From the NCBI GenBank assembly GCA_964016885.1, contig OZ024741.1, forward strand, positions 38,440,001 through 38,504,000: a stretch of 64,000 bases of DNA. The letters are read 5' to 3'. This document shows, one piece after another, positions 57,010 through 64,000 of this stretch (positions are counted from its first letter, which is position 1; every line of letters begins with the position of its first letter). Below the pieces are notes generated by a model that saw only the letters and a program-made list of their open reading frames with translations, was not told where the DNA came from and made no database searches. The translations under genes were made by a program, and so were the position numbers. The DNA comes from Eledone cirrhosa (lineage: Eukaryota).

Positions 57010-57490
57010 TCTTCGCCCATCTATTCCAGAGAGGGTCGTAGGGACAAACTCTTCAAATATTCGTACCAGCGCGTCCGACCAGAAGCGCCATCTTCAATTG
57101 ATCCGGCTGGATCACCAACAGAGACCAGTTGAACTCATGTATGTTATTAAACCATCATGCTCGGGGTCTACCCCTGGGTCTCCTGCCGTTTGGTGTTGCC
57201 CGTAAAATATGTCAGCGATTCTTTCTTGAGACATTCTAAGCTCATGCCCGTAATATCGAAGCTCAAACATCTCAATTTCGAGAAGTAGAGGCTCTACCTG
57301 GAGCGCTTCTTTATCTCCGAGCTACGCACTCTATCGAGTAACATTAGACCAACAAACCTTCAAGTGAACCCCATTTTAGCCGCTATCGGTTGTTACCCAA
57401 GATTTATGACCATAGGTAAAGGTTGGCGCGAAAACCGAATTGAAGATAGCGATTTGGTTTTTACACCAACCTCGCTTCTTCTGATTATCG
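57010..57490 (-). mobile_element. RTE-clade LINE 3' fragment
   Basis: Nucleotide homology to 50865-51220 (GGGGTCTACCCCTGGGTCTCCT, GCCCGTAAAAT, GAGACATTCTAA). Confidence 0.85.
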
Positions 57491-57516
57491 ACATTGAGTA
57501 TATACATATATGTATG

Positions 57517-57550
<34 letters not shown>

Positions 57551-57562
57551 CACACACACACA

Positions 57563-57629
<67 letters not shown>

Positions 57630-57694
57630 ATACACACACACACACACATATATATATGTATGTATGGATGTATGTATATATATATATATATATG

Positions 57695-57748
<54 letters not shown>

Positions 57749-57934
57749 CATATATATATCAGTTTAACATACCTCTGAGAAATCGACTTTCTTTAATCTT
57801 TCAAATCACTCCAAGGTCGATAAAATAAAGTATGAAGATTTATTATTTCTCCTCCTTCTCTTCCTCTTTCCCGCACCTCCTTTTCTTATTCTTTTTGTCA
57901 CTCCTTCTCCGTCTCCTCATCCTGCTCCTCCCCT

Positions 57935-58345
57935 CCCCCAACACCACCAACTCCACTAACATTACCACATACTCCTACTCCTTCTCCACCCCCCAACACA
58001 ACCATTACCACCACCCCCAGCACCACCACTATATACTTCTACTCCTTCTCCTCCACCTCCACCATCGCCCCCAACACAACCATTACCACCACCGCCACCG
58101 CCACCGCCTCCGCCACCATCGCCGCCTCCGCCACCATCACCGCCGCCACCGCCACCAACCACCACATCTACCACCATCACCACCTCCACCACCACAGACC
58201 ACCGCCACCACCACCACCACCACCAAAACAAAACAAAACAAAATTTAACAAAAACCTCAAAGCTCCCCACCACCCCACCACCAGCAGCAGCACCACCGTG
58301 CCGCCGCCACCACCACCACACCAACACCGCCACCACCACACACCA
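57935..58345. repeat. (CAC)n/(CGC)n trinucleotide low-complexity tract
   Basis: Direct reading. Confidence 0.9.
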
Positions 58346-58714
58346 TGGCCATGTGACTAAGGTTAGATATCAGTGTTATTATTATTAATGCTATTATTGT
58401 TGTAGAGAAACAAAAGTCATTGTGTAGATCTTAGGAAAAACCTGAGACGTTATTTGCATTTCCTGACGATTGAAGACGTAGAATTCTTATAAAGGTGGGC
58501 GGCTGACTTGAAATTAAATCTATTTCCACCCTTCTTCTCCTTTTGTGTTTCATCTGCCATAATGATATACTGCAGGCAAATGTTGTATACCGACTAGAAC
58601 GTGCGAAATGTCAGTGATGGCTGAACTGACTTCACGATTTACACACATCACATAAACACACACAGGTATGGACATACACACACATACATATATATATAAA
58701 TATAATATATGTAT

Positions 58715-58768
<54 letters not shown>

Positions 58769-58804
58769 ATTTATTTATATAAATATATATATATATATAC
58801 ATAT

Positions 58805-58915
<111 letters not shown>

Positions 58916-59440
58916 CACACACACACATACACACATATATATATAAATAAGCGTACACACAACATACATGTTTAGATATATGTAAAATAAATGTATCGGA
59001 TATACCTAGGAAGACATAACATATTGTAATATTGTACATGTTTAGCGGAATGAAGATATATAGGGTATGTTCGGTTGTATACTCACGTAATCTCCCGAAG
59101 AAGTAGAACAGCATCTGGTTTAAGTATTCCTCAACAGTAAAGGGGATTTGTTATTATGTAGTTGATGCATATGTGGACAATCTTCATATAAATATGCATA
59201 GATTCTATTGCCCGATAAAAAAATCTCTCTCTGGTGTTGTGCTACAAAAAAAGTATCCATTTTATTTCCACAACAACAACCCATTTTTCTACTGAAGCTA
59301 TGGTTCCTATGATAGGCCCCATACTCATCACAGGGTCGATTTTGAGGCATTATGTTTTTAGCCAGATATCTTTTCTGTCGTCAAGACTTTAGTCGCCTTT
59401 TACGCCTTGCTGGGATACTGTTTATTATTAAGTTACATTA

Positions 59441-59852
59441 GGGTGGTAGATTGGCAGTATCGTTAGAGCGTCAAACACCATGTTTTGCAACATCGAGTTA
59501 TGGCCCTTTATGATCTGAATTCAAATCCCGCCAAGGTTAACTTTGTCTTTCATCCTTACGGGGTCGATAAAATAAAGCACCAGTCACATACTGGGATCGA
59601 TATAATCGACTTTCCTCTCCCCAAAATGACTGGCCTTGTGCCTATACTAGAAATCATTATTAAGGTGGATTGGCAGTATCGGTAGAGGGTCGGACGCCAT
59701 GATTTGATGGATAGTGTTACGGCCCTTTCCATTCTGAGTTCAAATCCCGCCCAGGCTAACTTTGCCTTTCATCCTTACGGGATCGATAAAATAAAGTACC
59801 AGTAATGCACTGGGTAATTGCTGGCCTTGTGCCAAAAGTCGAAACAATTATT
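59441..59852 (+). mobile_element. SINE family A head-to-tail dimer
   Basis: Two full copies; TTATTAAGTTACATTA flanks the pair. Confidence 0.9.
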
Positions 59853-60689
59853 AAGTTACATTAATAGAAATGGATATGACGGTGAATTGGCACAATTGTT
59901 AGAACGTCGGATATCATGCGTTATGGTAATCGTGTTGGCTATATGCGCTCTGTCGGATATCATGCGTTACGTTATTCGTGTTGGCTATATGCGCTCTGTG
60001 TTCAACTCCAACCGAGATCAACTTTACCTTTCGTCATTTCAAGGTCGACAAATATAATACCTGTCCGGTAATGAGGGCGATTATTCCTCCCTGTCACATT
60101 CTTTCTCTCTATTTCTTACTCTGGAAGAAATCAGTTTATGTTCAAACACGAAGTGAGATGTGCTCTTGTTACGATGGTGCTCCTACAACTCTAGCAAGGG
60201 TTGAGCACCCATGGACAAATGGGTGGAATAGAAAAGACTTGTGGGTGAAATTAGGTAGTCGGAAACTGTTTTGAAGCTTGTCGGGTGGATTGTATCTGTA
60301 ATTCTAAGAGTCAGCCATATATCATATTTTGTGCCACGCTGGTTCGATATAGGAATTGCGTTAAGGGTACACGTATCTGTGGAATACTCAACCACTTATA
60401 GGTAAATACATGTTCAGCTGACCGAACAATTGAATGCTCATCTTCGAAACCACAGGAAGATCCATTATAATCACACTCCCCTCACCAGCATTACCACCAG
60501 CACCATCTTAACTATCACCACCACTACCACCACCACTGCCGCCGCCGCTGCCACCACCAAAGACACTTTCGCAGCTGCCACCACCACCAAAGGCGCTATC
60601 ATCGCCGCCACCTCCGCCACCATCAAAGTCGCTCTCGCCGCTGCCACCACCACAACCTCATCCACCCCAACACCCCAACACCCCAGCCC

Positions 60690-60925
60690 CGCAGGAAACT
60701 TCAGTATTTTGGTTATGTCATCAGGGACAAAAATCTGACTACCAACATCTTTGAGGGACGGATACAGGGGAAGAGGGCCAGGGGACGGCTGAAAAAGAGA
60801 TGGACAGATGATATTAAGGAATGTATAGGAGGAGGTTTGGTGGAATGAATGGCAATGGCAAGAGACAGGAAACGATGGAGGGTGCTGGTCCATAAGTCCA
60901 TGACGTGCGACCCTCAGATATGAGG
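60690..60925 (+). mobile_element. RTE-clade LINE 3' fragment (separate family)
   Basis: RRKLQYFGYVIR...IFEGRIQGKRARGRLKKRWTDDIKEC. Confidence 0.85.
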
Positions 60926-61277
60926 GTGGGATGATAAGGAAGATCAAGAAGCTCGCTTCACAGAGGTTTGATACTACTGTGTAACGATATTTTGGCTAAG
61001 TGCCTGTTACCATAGTTGTAAGTGAAATTAGGTAGACGGAAACTAGTTGGAAGTCTGTGAGATGGACTATACAAGTAGTTCAGAGAGACAGTTTTGTCCC
61101 AAAATGTGGCCCGCCTAATCTCTCTGCGAATTATATTAAGTTACATGTGTCTGTAGAATACAGTCACTTACACGTACATTTAACAAATAGGTTATTCCCT
61201 TGATCAAACAACTGGAAAACTCTCCGTTGAAACCGACGGATGTCCATTTACTTTTTAAAGATTATTATGAATTAAAT

Positions 61278-61463
61278 AGGTGGATTGGCAGTATCGGTAG
61301 AGGGTCGGACGCCATGCTTTCCAGCATAGTTACGTCCCTTTACGATCTGAGTTCAAATCCCGCCAAGGTTGACTTTGCCTTTCATCCTTACGGGGTCGAT
61401 AAAATAAAGTACCAGTAATGCACTGGGTAATTGCTGGCCTTGTGCCTAAAGTAGAAACAATTA
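61278..61463 (+). mobile_element. SINE family A, young, with TSD
   Basis: ATTATGAATTAAATAG duplicated on both sides. Confidence 0.93.
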
Positions 61464-62383
61464 TGAATTAAATAGATCCAAAATATCTTAGTTCAACATT
61501 CTGTGTTTTAATAAATGAAAATTAACATTTCCAGTGATACGCTCATTTCATTGTTGTTTCATCATTTAGTCAGCAGTAGAAGAATACCTCCCATATGACC
61601 ATTCTCAGGGGTTTTGAGATTGTGGAATAAGGAAAGGAAGTTATCCTCCCACTGGAGACCTAACACAAATGTTTAATCACACAGCCATGACAGTGTGAGG
61701 TTGTTTTACATTTGACTCGCCTTGGGACTACACCAGCTCAAGAGTAACATTTCATGTTGCAGATTCTATCGATGTTAGAAATCCGTTATCCTACTCTTTT
61801 GGTGTACTTTGACTTGAAATTGATATTTTCTATTGTAGTACCCTGGATGCAGTATGGTCTAATAGTTAAGATGTTCACTTCACAATCCTAAGATCCCGGG
61901 TTTAATCTCGCTGTGTGACATCTGGGAAGTTGTCATTGATCCAACCTTTGTGTGTGAAGGTAGGTTGGTGGAAACTGTATAGGAGACATTCTAATTGTAT
62001 CTAACTCAAATATCTGGCTAATCTTGTCACATATATTGCAGTGCTGTCTGAGAACTACATTAATGCTACCTTGTCTACAGAACATTCAATCGCTTAACAC
62101 GTTAAGTTGATCGAACTGCATGCTCATCATCGAAACCAACGATAAATCCATCAAATGAGTGCATGCATGTACGTGTGTATATAAGTGCGTGCCTTTGTGT
62201 GAATGTGTACATGTACGTGTGTATATAAGTGCGTGCCTTTGTGTGTGTGTGCGTGTGTGTGTGTGTGTGTGTGTGGTGCTGGTTTTTTGTTAGACAGTTT
62301 TGTATTTCTCAATTCTAGTTATTTGCTTTATCTTTTATTTCTCTCAGTTGGCACATATATTAATATATATGTTCTTATATTTA

Positions 62384-63262
62384 CCGTATATGCTCGTATA
62401 TAAGCCGAAAATTATGTGATAAAAATCGATGGTAAACGGGGTCGACTTATTTTCGAGGTCAATATTTTGACGATTTTCACCAACTTCAAAATTCTACGTA
62501 AATGAAGTGCAGAAATATTTTCGCTTTGACGGTGAATATTACACAGGTTTCATTTTCGACATGAATATGGCCTTCAAAACGATTAAAAATTGTAAAAAAA
62601 TCATTACGTAATGGAGTTGTGAAACAAAAACTATACTCTAAACGGCACCCTCCGAGGAAACGCCTTCTCCATTCTGTCCGTCGGGGCTGTGGGGAGTCCA
62701 GCACGTGGAACCCCATTTGCTTACCATACAGAGAGATGGGGAGGGAGATAGAGATGGAGGCGATGACAATGGGAGTTCGGCTCTTCCACGTTCGGACCAT
62801 ATCCTTGTGGTTGTGTTCATTAAGCAGTTAATCAGTCATTAAGCTCCCTTTTGCATCTGTCTGACGGTCACTTAATTTGTCTGTCAGTCAACGACACTTA
62901 ACATTTTAAATATCAAAATATTTAAACTTCACGAGAATTTCAAAACCTCACAATCTAGATATAATTGTTTCTACTTTTGGCACAAGACCAGCAATTACCC
63001 AGTGTATTACTGGTACTTTATTTTATCGACCCTGTAAGGATGAAAGGCAAAGTTAACCTCGGCGGGATTTGAACTCAGACCGTAAAGGGACGTAACTCTA
63101 TGCTTCAAAGCATGCTGTCCGACTCTCTATCGATACTGCCAATCCACCGCCTAATCTAGATATAATGTGTTAATTATCTGCCTCGGCTTATAAATGGGGT
63201 TTAGGTTTTTGCTTATTTTTCACACATGAGATAAGTGTCGTCTTATATTCGAGTATATACAG
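62384..63262. mobile_element. Tc1/mariner-superfamily (Tc2-like) non-autonomous element
   Basis: TA|CCGTATATGCTCGTATATAAGCCGA ... TCGTCTTATATTCGAGTATATACAG|TA: imperfect TIRs with TA TSD. Confidence 0.75.
62961..63152 (-). mobile_element. SINE family A nested in the MITE
   Basis: Full copy; TSD AATCTAGATATAAT. Confidence 0.92.
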
Positions 63263-63496
63263 TAGATTTCTTTCTCGCAATATTATATATAAGTTGATAT
63301 GATTTATCGTCTTGAAATATTGCTGTTAACTCTGACATAATTCTATGCTTCTCCAACACAACAAAACAAGCAGATGTTGTACACCATTCTATGCTTCAGT
63401 AACTTTTATATAATCTGCTTTTTCACTACTCTCTCAAAATCTCTTCTTATCTATTTATGTTTACACCAACATAAACAGTAGCAACCAAATGAGAAC

Positions 63497-63497
<1 letters not shown>

Positions 63498-63537
<40 letters not shown>

Positions 63538-63632
63538 TTGGCAGTAGTAGTAGCAGTAGTAGTAGCAGCAGTAGGGGCAGCAGCATCAGCAGTAGTAGGA
63601 GCAGCAGTAGTAGTAGCAGCAGCAGTAACAGC

Positions 63633-63690
<58 letters not shown>

Positions 63691-63788
63691 TTGGCAGTAG
63701 TAGTAGCAGTAGTAGTAGTGGTAGTAGTAGTAGTAGCAGCAGCAGTAGGCGCAGCAGCATCAGCAGTAGTAGGAGCATCAGCAGTAGT

Positions 63789-63884
<96 letters not shown>
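63498..63884. repeat. (AGT)n/(AGC)n trinucleotide microsatellite
   Basis: Direct reading. Confidence 0.95.
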
Positions 63885-63885
<1 letters not shown>

Positions 63886-64000
63886 AATAGTTAGACCTAC
63901 GATAGAGAAGGGCAATTACATACTTAAATGAGCCTTTTGTTTTATTTTTCACCGGCCTCACGTTTATTTTCCCATGTCGGTAGGAGTTGACTGAAGGTCG

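Noticed and set aside
58420-58530. Type III hammerhead (CTGACGA...GAAA)
   Set aside because: Stems I and III cannot be formed in register with a valid NUH site.
63461-63961. Poly-Leu/Ser/Val ORFs (also poly-Arg at 39626, His/Gly-rich at 57832, Thr/Ala-rich at 60430)
   Set aside because: Trinucleotide microsatellites without coding context.

Overview
AT-rich eukaryotic non-coding DNA saturated with (TA)n, (CA)n, (TATG)n and (GA)n microsatellites. The repeat landscape suggests an octopod cephalopod, but that is inference. I see no intact protein-coding gene. The long ORFs in the track are artefacts of microsatellites and of an ~8.8 kb array of a 57-bp minisatellite (3494-12290). Recognisable elements: a decayed Neptune-type Penelope-like element (PLE; RT plus GIY-YIG, 22074-24522) with an inverted terminal repeat, a second PLE RT fragment (1-540), about 25 copies of a tRNA-derived SINE plus a second SINE family, RTE and L1/Tx1 LINE fragments, Helitrons, a Tc2-like MITE and a foldback MITE. 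The main signal is at the RNA level. Islands of DNA between (TA)n tracts carry more than 15 hammerhead-ribozyme-like motifs. Six of them (15454, 29043, 30272, 42391, 48925, 49623) have the catalytic segments in the order cleavage site -> GAAA -> CUGAUGA. That order is not a circular permutation (types I/II/III), and the helices show compensatory substitutions between diverged copies. A second family has a fixed CAGAAGA core variant. These motifs sit in ~530-630 bp partially tandem or inverted non-coding units resembling solo pLTRs or retrozymes. All structures were derived by eye and none is tested.
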